Positions 12,080 to 23,513 of a stretch of 64,000 nt of DNA are shown here, piece after piece. The position numbers and the translations under genes were made by a program. Within the stretch, counting starts at the first letter, position 1. Each line of letters opens with the position of its first letter. The stretch is from Mobula hypostoma (lineage: Eukaryota), in NCBI RefSeq assembly GCF_963921235.1, contig NC_086105.1, positions 26,784,001-26,848,000 of the forward strand, in the 5' to 3' direction. The notes under the pieces were generated by a model. That model did no database searches and was not told the DNA's origin. It saw only the letters and a list, made by a program, of their open reading frames with translations.

Positions 12080-13960
12080 TTAGGGATCCTTGATTTTCAA
12101 GAGATACCGAGGCCTTGGTTTAAAAAAAAGGAGGTGCATGGCAGGTATAGAAGGAACAAATGAGGTACTTATAGAGTATAAGAAATGCGAGAGAACAATT
12201 AAGAAAAAAATCAGAAGGGCTAAAAGAAGGCATGAGGTTGCCTTAGCAGACAAGGTGAAGGAGAATCCTAAGAGATTCTACAGATATGTTAAAGGCAAAA
12301 GGATTGCAAGGGACAAAATTGATCCTTTGAAAAATAAGAATGGTAATCTATACCTGGAGCCAAAAAAGATCTTAAAATGGTTTGTTTGCATCTGTATTTA
12401 TTCGGGAGACTGTTGCAAGGATGTGGCAGTGGAACAAACCCAAGTGCCTAACACAGGCGTGGAAGCCGAGTCAGGAGGCATTACGGTCGTAGCGAGTGTG
12501 GAATTGGTGTCCAAGAGAGTCTTAACCAGGAGTCTTGGTTTTAGTAGCGAATTCAGGAACGATGCTAGACTTAGAACTAATAGTCCTAAGAACCATGGAA
12601 CGAGGTTACTCATAAACGGGTCAACCAAACAAACTGGTAGTTCCTTGTTGTAATCACAGGGTCCTTATCCTGCAGTTTCTGATGGGAAGTGGGTGTGTGT
12701 AGTTAGTGGAACCTGGGAATAATTGGAAATTAAATGAGGTGATTGAGGCCCAATTCCTGTGGTAAATAGCAAGGTGGGGGATTGCCAGAAGGGACCATGA
12801 CAGAGACAAGCACAGAGTCTATAGAAGTGAGGCAAAGCAGCAGTGAGGTCATGACCCCTATAACAGGAGGAGGTGTTTACTGTCTTGAGGCAAATTAGGG
12901 TGGATAAATCTACAGGGCCTGAGAAGATGTTCTTTCGGACCTGTGGGAAGCAAGTGCTAAAACTGCAGGGGCCTTAGCAGAGATATTTAAATCATCACTA
13001 GCAACAGGAGAGATACCAGAGGATTGGAAGATAGATGAAGGCAAGGTAGTGGATGTTGTCTACATGGATTTTAGAAAGACTTTTGACAAGGTCCCACATG
13101 GGAGGTTGGTCATGAAGGTTCGGTTGCTCAGCATTCAGAATGAGGTAGTAAATTGGATTGGATATTGGCTCTGTGGGAGAAGTCAGAGAGTGGTAGTAGA
13201 TGCTTGCCTCTCTAACTGGAGGCCTGTGACTAGTGGAGTGCCACAGGATCTGTGCTGGGCCCGTTGTTGTTTGCTGTCTATATCAATAATCTTGATAATA
13301 ATGTGTTTAACTGGATCAGCAAATTTGTGAATGACACCTAGATTAGGGGTGTAGTGGACAGCGAGGTAGACTCTCAGAGTTTGTAGTGGGATGTAGGCCA
13401 GCTGGAAAAATGGGCTGAAGAATGGCAGATGGAATTTAATGCAGACAAGTGCGAGGTGTTGCCCTTCAGCAGGACCGATCAGGATAGATCTTACACAGTG
13501 AATGTTAGGGCACTGAGGAATGCAGTAGAACAAAGGCAGTACAGGTCCATAATTTATTGAAAGCGATGGCACAGATACATAGGGTCATAAAGGAAACTTT
13601 TGGCACATTGGCCTTTATAAATCAGAGTATTGAGTACAAGAGTTGGGATGTTATGTTGAAGTTGTATGAGACATTGGTGAGGCCTAATTGGAGTATCGTC
13701 TACAGTTTTGGTCATCTACCTAAGGAATGGTGTAAATAAGGTTGAAAGAGTACAGAGAAAATTCACAGGATGTTGCCAGGACTGGAGGCAAGCTTGATTT
13801 CAATGTTTAAGAGAAGTTTGGATGGGTGCCTGGATGGTAGGGGTATGGAGGGCAATGGCCCAGGAGCAGGTCAATGGGACTAGGCAGTTTAAATGGCTCA
13901 GTGCAGACTAGATGGGCTGAAGGGCTTGTTTCAGTGCTGTACTTTTCTATGACTCTGTGA
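12080..13960 (+). mobile_element. Degraded CR1 LINE with an internal deletion and a nested solo LTR
   Basis: KVKENPKRFYRYV, DVVYMDFRKTFDKVPH, SGVPQ and CR1 3' UTR motifs. Interrupted at 12411-12802. Confidence 0.88.
12411..12802 (-). mobile_element. Solo LTR (392 bp) related to the 2282-3307 LTR
   Basis: TG...CA termini and exact TSD GAGAC (12406-12410, 12803-12807). The reverse complement starts TGTCATGGTCC like the 2282 element and shares the cacttggg..tgttcc 3' motif. Confidence 0.85.
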
Positions 13961-15983
13961 CTCTTACAATCTTAAATTATAAATAACAGAAATTCAAAAT
14001 TCCTAACAGGATGAAGCTGGATGTGAAATCACAAGGATTTACTGTTTATTCTGATCTTCTCGAACTTGCTGATTAACCTTTTTTGAGGGCTGGATGTCAG
14101 GGGGATATTTTAAAATATTTCTTAAATTAGTAATGATTTTCTTCCATTTTAACACATTGGAGAACTAGTTTCTTGAGAACTAAGTTGACGGCACAAATAG
14201 ACTGCATCATTGGAATCGTGAATCATTGGAACTATCTGATAGGACATACGGGAAGAACCAAAATAAGCCTTTATTGTCTCTGCTGGCTATTAATATTTGA
14301 CATGAAATAAACTTCTACGATCCGATGTCAGCACACGGGATTTCATAAAAAGTTCCCAATTTGCACAACATATCAATTGTACTGAAAGAATTAACAATGA
14401 TGGCTGGCCTCGTACCCCCACAAGGTCATCTTTGTGCATTTGGGGTTCCAGTTTAGGTTTAAGTGGCTTTTAATTTACACCTGCCCGTGTTTTACTTTGG
14501 TATGAATAATAACAATAATAGCAATAACAACAATAACTTATTTACAGAGCACTTTTCATACAGAGTAATATTTATTATTGACTCCGGGTGAATTGTTTTG
14601 GAAAGCGATCAATATTCTAGCATATCTCGTACCTGCTAAAGCACAACGCCAGAAAAACTCAAAAATACCAGTACAACAATCATTTATTTGCTACACTCGA
14701 ATTAGAATAGAAACTATATTTGCATCCAAGTACGTTTCATTCACATTCAGTCACATATTGGCTTGATATAAATATACTTTTCGATTTACACAGAACCGTG
14801 CGTAGGGTATAAACTATTCTCTGCGAAGATGCCGAAGATCGTTTAAACTATTTAAAGCAATTACGAAACATATTTGTGTTACATCGATGTCTTCATTATC
14901 AATTTTACAAGGAAGATTTACTATGATCCATAGTATTATGAAACTGTCCTTGGCAAAGGAATCTTGTAATTATAAAAAGTTGCGTATTTATGTTATGGTC
15001 CTGGTTCTTTTTGTTATACTTTGTGTAACGTACGATTCCCCTTCACACAATGCTTTCATTCAGCTTTGCCAAGTGTTGACGAATTGTTTGCCCTTATTAA
15101 TAGGTGCCATGCAAAGCTCGCTCGACATGTTTTCTATTGAGATCATCAGTGCTGTGTGTCGGCTTGAGGATATGCGTCTCCTTTTATGATTTTAGGTTAG
15201 TCGGCATGTTTCGTAGGGTTATCGAAAGTCATATGTGTAGGACTTAATTCTAAGAAAAACCGCCAACGGATCGCCGATTTTTGTTTAAATGCCTGTTTAG
15301 ATCTTGCTTTGTATGTTCCACATTATACTTGATTAACTCTATTGCAACCAAACACCAATATTCATTTCAACACGCACAAAATACAGCCCAACTCCGTATC
15401 AGTATAGAAAACATTTTATTATATAGGAGTATCTTTGTAAGAATGTCGCCAAAGTCCACCTTGTATTAAGGATATGGAGGGTACTGCGGGGATTAAGAAA
15501 TCCTGATGCTGTGGAGTAATTCTTCGAAATCGATTAATTCATATACTCTCTTCGATTTTTGTTCTAATTTCTTGTAAAGATGCGCACGAAGAAAAAGATC
15601 GATAATCGGGCTTATTAATACCTTAATTATGTTTCTCTGTACGGCTAAGCTCCATTAGATTTATACTCGGGGTGTTCTCCGTTTGACTTTTAAATTTCAT
15701 CTCAAGTTTGTTCGGATAAAGAAAAGCGGGTGCAGAGAATAGATTCATTTGACAGACCGGAAAATCATCTCTGTCATAACGATGACAATGAATTAATATT
15801 CTTCGAAAAATATGAACAACTGCACCCACTCACTTTCTGTATAATTAAAATCTTGAAGCAGTGCCATGGTGAACATGTTCATTTCTGACGCAAAGTAGCA
15901 CATCACCTTAAGAAAGTCCTTGTGTAAGAGCGCCGACATAGTGAACACTGTTTTCCCAGTTCAGATCTGAGCAGTCAGTGGCC

Positions 15984-16203
15984 ATGATTCTCACGTTGAT
16001 TCTGCTAATGTTCTTCCCTGCCCTACACAGATCCACTCCTCGATGTTCGCCAGCTGTGTTTTATGGAAACTGCTGGTTGCGCCATTTTCCTGGGCTACTC
16101 ATAGATCTGGCACTCTCCAGGAGAAGGGGCGCCCGCTTGGTCAATGACTACCACGCGAAGACCGCTCAGCAGTGCAGCAGATCCTGTTGTCTCCTCCGGA
16201 ATG
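15984..16203 (+). CDS. MANSC4: MANSC domain-containing protein 4, coding exon 1 (signal peptide and N-terminal part of the MANSC domain)
   Basis: gccATG at 15984. Translation MILTLILLMFFPALHRSTPRCSPAVFYGNCWLRHFPGLLIDL...QCSRSCCLLRN resembles human [22 protein letters not shown]...CSRSCC as recalled. Donor G|GTGAGT at 16204, phase 1. Confidence 0.92.
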
Positions 16204-17164
16204 GTGAGTGTGGCAGGGACTGGAGGAAAAGTTTTCCCTCTGCTTGCCGGGATTTTCATATGAGGATATCGCCTCGTGTTTAGCTGATCTCCCAAATCCG
16301 ATTAGAGGATCGTTAGTATTCACTCGCGTGGTTATTCGACGTCTGCAGCTGAAGCCGGAAAGTAGAAACATTAAGGGGTGGTCCTCGACATGAGATGGTT
16401 ACAAAATATAACGACGTCAATTAATCAGAATAATGTTTGTTCACTGGGAAAATCAAGTTTTGATCAGTGAAACCGTAACACCTTCAATTGTGCTAAAAAT
16501 CAGTTATCCAAGAGAAATAATGTTTCAAATAATAGAAGTTTTGATTCAAAGTTTAAGGACTAACAATTACTTCGTTCTCCTTTACACTTGTGTACAGGAA
16601 ATTACATTAAAAAATCTTAAATCTTGACTGTCAAATTAAAGTATAAGCGGGGCTGAGCAATACACTTAAGGAGCAGATTTGGCTAAAGAAAAATAAGGAA
16701 GATTGCTGATCGATAAAGGTGACATTTTGGCTGAGGATTAAATTTCATGAAACTGAATCCAGTTCTCGTTCAGTACAATGATCGTTGTGTTCCAGTAATC
16801 TCAGCCCAGCCCAGGTGTCGAACGACCTTTCCCCTGTACTTTGGATACCACTCTGCATGTTCTCATTCAACTGGTAACAATTACTGTACTGCTTTTCTTC
16901 CATTCAACAGGGTCCTTCAGCTCGAATGTACTTCCAGCTCTTCTACATGTACAGTGCTCCATTCATTCACACTCTCCAATTTAACTCAACCTCTTTAAAT
17001 CTTATCTGCTGCTCGATAATTGAATGCTGGCGTGCTCGCCTTTAAACCTCTCTGAGGCGCTAGCAATCTCACCAACCTCCGCCCCCCCCCCACACCCGTA
17101 ACCTATTTCTATTCATTGAATAAGTATTCAAATAATTTTGCTCCTGTTTTTCCATTTATTACAG

Positions 17165-17299
17165 ACACATGTAACATAGCCGTCTTCAGTTTTGCCCAAC
17201 ATCAAGGCGGTTCCAACTGTTTTCACCTTAACTGCCCAAGTCAGGAAAGTTGTATAATGAGAAGAAGGATTGATTTTACACTATTTAACATAACAAGAG
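17165..17299 (+). CDS. MANSC4: MANSC4 coding exon 2 (C-terminal part of the MANSC domain)
   Basis: Acceptor ttacag and donor G|GTAAAC, 135 nt, phase 1 to phase 1. Encodes DTCNIAVF...NCFHLNCPSQESCI...FNITR. Confidence 0.92.
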
Positions 17300-17431
17300 G
17301 TAAACCCACCGCGATTTTCTATTTTAAGCTGCTACTGTTTTTCATTTTAGTATGAATGAATAGGGAAAAAAACAATATTTTTATTCCATCCAATTTGAAA
17401 ATAAATTGTAAAAAAAAAATTATTTTACATG

Positions 17432-17815
17432 ACATACACAAAATGCTGGAAGAACTCAGCAGGCCAGGCAGAATCTATGGAAAAGAGTACAGTCGACGTG
17501 TCGGGCCGAGACCCTTCATCAGGACTGAAGAAAAAAAGATGAAGAGCCAGATAAGAAGGTGGGGGTGGGGTGGGGGGAGAATTATCTCAAGGTGATAGAT
17601 GAAACGGTGGTGGTGGGGGGGGAGGGAGGAATGAAGTAAAGAGCCGGGGAGTTGATTGGTAAAACCCCACCTTCTCACTCATCTTTTTTTCTCCAGTCCT
17701 GATGGAGGGTCTCGGTCCTAAACATCGACTGTCCATAGATGCCGCCTGACCCGCTGAGCTCCTCCAGTATTTTGCGTGTGTTGCGTGGATTTCCAGCATC
17801 TGCAGATTTTCTCTC
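17432..17815. mobile_element. Inverted pair of Penelope-like pLTR fragments, a single insertion
   Basis: Minus copy about 17432-17660 and plus copy about 17665-17815, each with a degenerate hammerhead core. Flanked by AATTATTTTAC(A/G)TG at 17418-17431 and 17816-17829. Confidence 0.8.
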
Positions 17816-18166
17816 AATTATTTTACGTGGGTTGGCTGCATCTGGCTAATATTCTCAACAGTTCGTCCATAAATAGATTAAGCATTCATTTATCTCCAAT
17901 GCAATTTTAAGCACATTGTTCTGTAAATTCCGTTCCAATGCATGCCAATGAAAGCTATTCACTGCCGATGGGAACGCCCGGAGAGCTGAAACCCCTGTAA
18001 GTGTTTAATACACAGAATTGGAGCCAGGTTTAACAGCACCGGCACATATCGTGACATTTGTTGACTTTGAGGCAGTGATAACGGGTGAAACGTGAATTAC
18101 AATAAGTATATACGTACTGTATAATAGATTATATCTATAACATAAAATGGTTAAAATAAATAACTA

Positions 18167-18819
18167 TGCACCTGCAGAATACTGTGCACCGGTGTGGGGA
18201 AGATCAGCTCATGCAAAGAAAATAGACCCGTTGCTTAACGAAGCCTGCCGAATAATCACGGGCACACTGCGCCCCACACCCACTAACATCACTTACAGAC
18301 TTGCAGGCATTGCTCCCCCAGAGATCCGAAGACACACTACAACAAAAATTGAAAAAGGTAAACAGAACTTGGATCCACAGCACCCACTAAATCATCATAT
18401 GCCAATTTCCAACCGCCTAAAATCGAGGAAAAGCTTTGCTACAGTGGAGGAACTACCACACGGAACATCCCCCCCAAACATACGGGATTGACCTCTGGCA
18501 ACAAACAGAAGCCAGAACCCCACTAAACAATACAGTGCAAGACCCCACAGAACTGTTACCTGACGGGGCACTGCTTGACAGACGGAAGTGGTGCACTCTC
18601 AACAGAGCGAGAGCGGGAGTTTGTAGGACGGGAGACAATATGGTGAAGTGGGGTTTAAAGACCAGCGAATCCTGTGAGTGTGGCAAAAGGGTGCAGAACA
18701 TGGAACACATTCTGCGCAACTGCCCATTCTCACCTGATTTAGCTGACACTGTCCTGCTCAACATCAGCCAAACAACACTAGAGTGGCTGTCTGTCTGGTG
18801 TGACAAGCTATGATGATGA
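18167..18819 (+). mobile_element. 5'-truncated Ingi/Vingi-like non-LTR retrotransposon
   Basis: AEYCAPVWGRSAH...CRIITGTLRPTP and a C-terminal WCTLNRARAG...KWG...CECG...QNMEHILRNCP zinc knuckle. (TGA)3 tail and TSD ATAAATAACTA (18156-18166, 18820-18830). One frameshift at a poly-C run near 18470. Clade name is from recalled motifs. Confidence 0.75.
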
Positions 18820-18830
18820 ATAAATAACTA

Positions 18831-19600
18831 CTGCAAAAATGGAAATAATGTAGTGAGGTCGTGTTCATGGGTTCAATGTCCATTCAGAAATCGGACGGCA
18901 GAGGGGAAGAAGCTGTTCCTGAATCGTTGAGTGTGTACCTTCACGCTTCTGTACCTCCTTCCTGGCGGTAGCAATGGGAACAAGGTATGACCAGGGTGAT
19001 GGGGGTCCTTAATGATAGACGCCACCTTTTTGAGGCATCACTCCTTGAAGATGGCCTGGATACTACGGAGGCTAGAGTCCATGATGAAGCAAAGCTACGG
19101 CTCTCTGCAGCTTACTTCGATCCTGTGCGGTAGCCACCACCCCCCCCCCCCCATAGCATGCGGTGCTGCGCCAGTTAGAATGCTCTCCTTGGTACCTCGG
19201 TAGAAATTTGCAAGTGTTTTAGGTGACATACTAAATCTCTTCAAACTCCTAATAAAATATAACTGCTGTCGTGCCGTCTTTGTAGGGGTATCTATATGTT
19301 GGGTCCAGGTTAGATATTCAGCGATAATGACACCCAGGAACTTGAAATTGCTCACCCTTACCACTTCTGTTTCCCCTGTGAAGACTGGTGTGTGTTTCCT
19401 CGTCTTACCCCTTCTGACATCCACAATTAGTGTACCTAACTGTCGACTGTACCTCTTCCTAGAGATGCTGCGTTCACCAGCAACTTTGATGTGTGTTGCT
19501 CCACAATTAGTTCTTTGGTTTTGCTGAGGTTGAGCGCAACGTTGTCGCTGCGACATCACTTAACTAGCTGATATATCTCGCTCCTGTGCGCCCTGTAAAC
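18831..19600 (-). mobile_element. Rex1/Babar-like LINE fragment, host of the Vingi-like insertion
   Basis: ORF 19095..19559 has VVRVSNFKFLGVIIAEYLTWTQHID...ARQQLYFIRSLKRFSMSPKTLANFYRGTKESILTG. Confidence 0.8.
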
Positions 19601-20026
19601 AGATTTGTCCTTACGTATGGTGGTTAGGTAGCAAGCTGCTGGAGGCTGGCTTGCATTGTCTCGAGACCGAGCACAGCATCTTCCACTGAGGCTTGAATGA
19701 CGAACCGGTCGAGCACGTCGTCAATATCCGAGTAAATGGAACCCACAGGAACTGCAGATGCCGGAAGTCTTAAGCAAAAACAAACTGGCAAACACTTAAC
19801 AGGTCAGGCAGCATCCGTGAATACAAAGACATGATCAACGTTTCGAATCTGCGGCCCTTCGTTAAAACTGGGAATCTCTACCCCAGAGTCAATGTTTCAT
19901 TATGAACGGAGGTCCTATCTATGAGGTTATGACTTTAATTTAATCTATCACTTACATCAGAGATCGCTGTTGACATGTTGACCTAATTTCTACGCCTCAT
20001 CTTTTTTTTCTGCAATTGCTTTACAG

Positions 20027-20727
20027 GAGAAGATCCAGATTTGCTTGTTTTTGGAGACCGTCGAAATAAAACCAGAGACCCAGGTTTCCGGTTCTCCGCC
20101 AACATGTCAGGATTGAATCATTCTGGATATCCTGGACAGGATAAACAACGTTCTTTCAACAGGTATGCTTCGCTTTCATCACAAGCAACTCTTTCCACTT
20201 ACAACTGGTACCCGAATGGGTCACTCCCATCACGGACTCCATTTCTTTCGCCATCGAACCCGGTGTCAGTCACCGATTCACTGGACACTGGGAGAGGAAC
20301 AAACAATAGCCGAATCGAATCGTCTGAGCTACCAGAAGCGCTGGTCTTAATCAAAGATGAGCTGCTCCCTAATATTGCATCGGAAACCACTTCCCAGCCC
20401 TCTCGTTTCCTAAACAACGCAACCCATGAAGAATCAAGTTACTTTAAATCGACTCCTAACACCCACACTTTAGGAAAGGCAAATAGTACTATAGGAAGCA
20501 ATGGCAAGAACCAGACGATTGACGTCACGACTACCATGACACCTTGGCGAGTGGATCTGGAAGTTCTACTGACGCCATTATTGTTATCTTTAATCGCGTT
20601 GATCTTTGGGTGCGCTATTGTGGGGGTAGCAGCAAGGTGCAAGAAAAAGCGAGGATGCTACAGACCTCCCCAGCACAGCGGTGCTGGAAAAGACAAAATT
20701 GAAATTAGAAGCAGGTTATTTAAATAG
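20027..20727 (+). CDS. MANSC4: MANSC4 last coding exon (S/T-rich stalk, transmembrane helix, basic cytoplasmic tail)
   Basis: Polypyrimidine tract with acceptor ttacag, then GEDPDLLVFG in frame with ORF 20041..20727. TM segment LLTPLLLSLIALIFGCAIVGVAA followed by RCKKKRGCYRP. Spliced CDS is 220+135+701=1056 nt, 351 aa. Confidence 0.92.
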
Positions 20728-22494
20728 TTGAATTGACAATTATTCAAAGAACGCTCTATTTTTTGACTTAGTGCTAAAATTCCACGTCCTGAAACTTGTC
20801 GGTAGAAAATTTGGCATTGAAGATTAAACTCTATAGGGCCGATTACAATCCCTGACCTTGCCATATGCCCAGTTAGATGCAAAAATTCAGAAGTTGTTTC
20901 CAATGATTTTACCTCTCCCCTACGTAAAGTGTGTTGTTATGCTTTGTCGAGGCAATCAGCAGAAAGTCAGCAATTGACATGAACACGGAATTCCTGCGGG
21001 AAAAGCCATGCAGAATACAACCCGTTCCAAAGAAAGCTTAAAGAAAATAACACATTTTCTGTTTTAGCGCATGCATGACATAACCTTTATTAGACAATTC
21101 TAGGAATAGCAGCCCGTCCAAAATTACTAATTTATTAGTACAAGTATATGAAGGCTTTCTCTGCAAGCAATGGGTTTATTTATACAATATTTCTGACTAA
21201 TTCTTTTAATGAAATTAGGAACTAATTCCCCAGACAACAAAATTTCCAGTTAGTTTTGATAACTGAATTAGATGCAATAATGCTTCTGTTCATATACTGG
21301 TAAGAGAGAAAAAAACACTTTGTTAAAAGGAATCATTTTGAATTTTTATCTAAATTTATAACACTGTAATCCAAAGTGGAAGTGAATTGTAATACCGATT
21401 CCACTGTTATTGGCTTTAAAATAATGGAAAGCAGTGACATCAGGAAAATGTGCATATTCTGACACAAAAATCTCAAATAATTTGGAAATATGAGCTATGT
21501 ATATTTTCAGTGAATAACAAAATGCATATGATATATTGCTTTAGAATGTTTCATAATTTATCCATAGGAAATAAAAAGGGTGAAAAGCTAAGAAATTTAT
21601 TTTTGCTTTCTTTGTCTGATATGTTGGAACAGATATTAGCCGTAATAAATATTCCTGTTGGGTTTCAGCCCTAATCATTAATGATTTATTCCCCTTCCAT
21701 CGAAGATGCTGACCTGCTGAGTTCTTCCAGAATTTTGTGTGTTGCTCCCAGTTTTCAGCATCTGCAGAATCTTTTGTGTTAATGAACATTAAGTTATTTT
21801 TCATTATGACTTAGGTTGAAATTTAAATTGAGTAAGATGACATTTACCGTACGACACAAAATTTACTGCATAATTTCATCATGTAACCCACACACTTTCA
21901 TCAAAGAAAATAAAGTGCAAAATATTTAATATATCCTCACCATTATTTAGACATAAAAGGAAAATAATACAATTGATAACTGATTATCAGATTTATCGTA
22001 AATGTCAAGTACACCAGTTGCATGTTCAGTATGAACAAGACGGAATATTAATTACATTAAGCTTGCCAATTATCCCATTTTAAAGTGCTACAGAATAACA
22101 TTTTTTGTCAAAAGTATGATATGTTTGTGGGATAGTTTAAATTATGTAAATGAAAGGTTAAATGATTTTTTCAAGGAAATAATGTGTCAACCAGCAAGCA
22201 TTTTAATCCGTTACTAAGTCTATTTTCTTCCTTTGCCACATTCCCATCAACTCCTCCCCTCCTCCCAGATTTCACCGTTCAATAACGCAATAGGGGTAAC
22301 TTATCATAACTAATTAGAGTGCCAGCTCATGTCTTTTGGGATATGGGGCAAAACCAAAACACCCAGAAGAAGCATACAAGATCATGAGAAGGTGCAAACT
22401 TTGCACACACACGCAGAGTTTACGTCAGGATTGAGGGTTGCAACACTTGGTCTTTAAGTTTATTCCTTTCCATCATCCAGGAATCCATGGGAAT

Positions 22495-23095
22495 AGCACC
22501 TAATATTCCACCAAAATTGACTAGAACCTGACAGCATGAACATTGAAATCTCCATTTCCAAGTAACTTGTTCTTCCCGTCCCTTTTCTTGTTCCTACTAC
22601 ACACATAACTCCCATACCCACCACATCCTCCCAGCATCCTTCTTCATTCCTGCTTTACTTTTCCCACCTGATCACTCTACCTCCATTACTTGGTTCCATG
22701 CTCTAACTTCCTTTCCTATCATATTCCATCATCTGCAGCCCGTTGTTACCTCCACCTGACACCTCCCAGCCTCTATCACTACTTGCACTCTTCCCTGCCT
22801 CATCTGCCTATCATCCCACCTCACCTGGATTTAATTATCACTTTTGCTCTACCCCTTCCCCTCATCTTTTTATACTGGCTATCTTCCCTCTATCTTTCAG
22901 TCAAGGTGGAAGGTCTCCACCCAAAACCTTGACTCTCCACATTTCCTTCCACAGATACTGCCTGACTGCTGACTTCCTCCAGCTTTTTAAAACTTTTGCT
23001 TCAGATTCCAACTTCTGCAGTCTCAGTTGTCTCCTGTGTACCTAAACAGTCCTTTCAGTTGAAGCAGAGATTCCCTTGTACTCCTTCCAGTTTAT
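22495..23095 (+). mobile_element. Degraded Penelope-like tandem fragment: GIY-YIG tail, pyrimidine-rich pLTR, then the start of a second unit
   Basis: PDSMNIEIS-like end of the endonuclease, a C/T-rich UTR, a degenerate hammerhead-like motif near 22900-22935, then KQSFQLKQRFPCT restarting at about 23044. Confidence 0.6.
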
Positions 23096-23513
23096 TGTCA
23101 CAACCACGGATGCGGCAGCGCAGCAGATATGGCAAATGCTCTGGTGAATATGCACATGTCAGCTAATTATTGTGATAGTATTTAACTACATTCATTCTGT
23201 TGTAGTATTTGTCGAGACTTGGACATGGTACAATAATGCTTCGATACCTGTTTGCATTCGGCCTTGCCTGAGAAATTGGACTGTCGAGTCAACTGACTCT
23301 GAAGACTAGTGGCATTTGTTTTATTCTTAGTTCTTCTTTTCAGCTGCATTGTAAGCTTCGTTTTCCATTCGAGTGCCTAGTTAATGGCATTGTTTGGCCT
23401 AGTGTTTATTGTTTTCTTTTCCCTTTAACACTGTTTGCATTAGAGTCAGTGAAATGTTGACCCTCTTCAGTATCTCTCACTCTGCACTTGCGCCATATCT
23501 GAACCTGGTGACG
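23096..23513 (+). mobile_element. Solo LTR (418 bp)
   Basis: TGTCAC...GTGAC(G) termini, TSD TTTAT (23091-23095, 23514-23518), and a tgcacttg 3' motif shared with the 2282 LTR. Confidence 0.78.
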
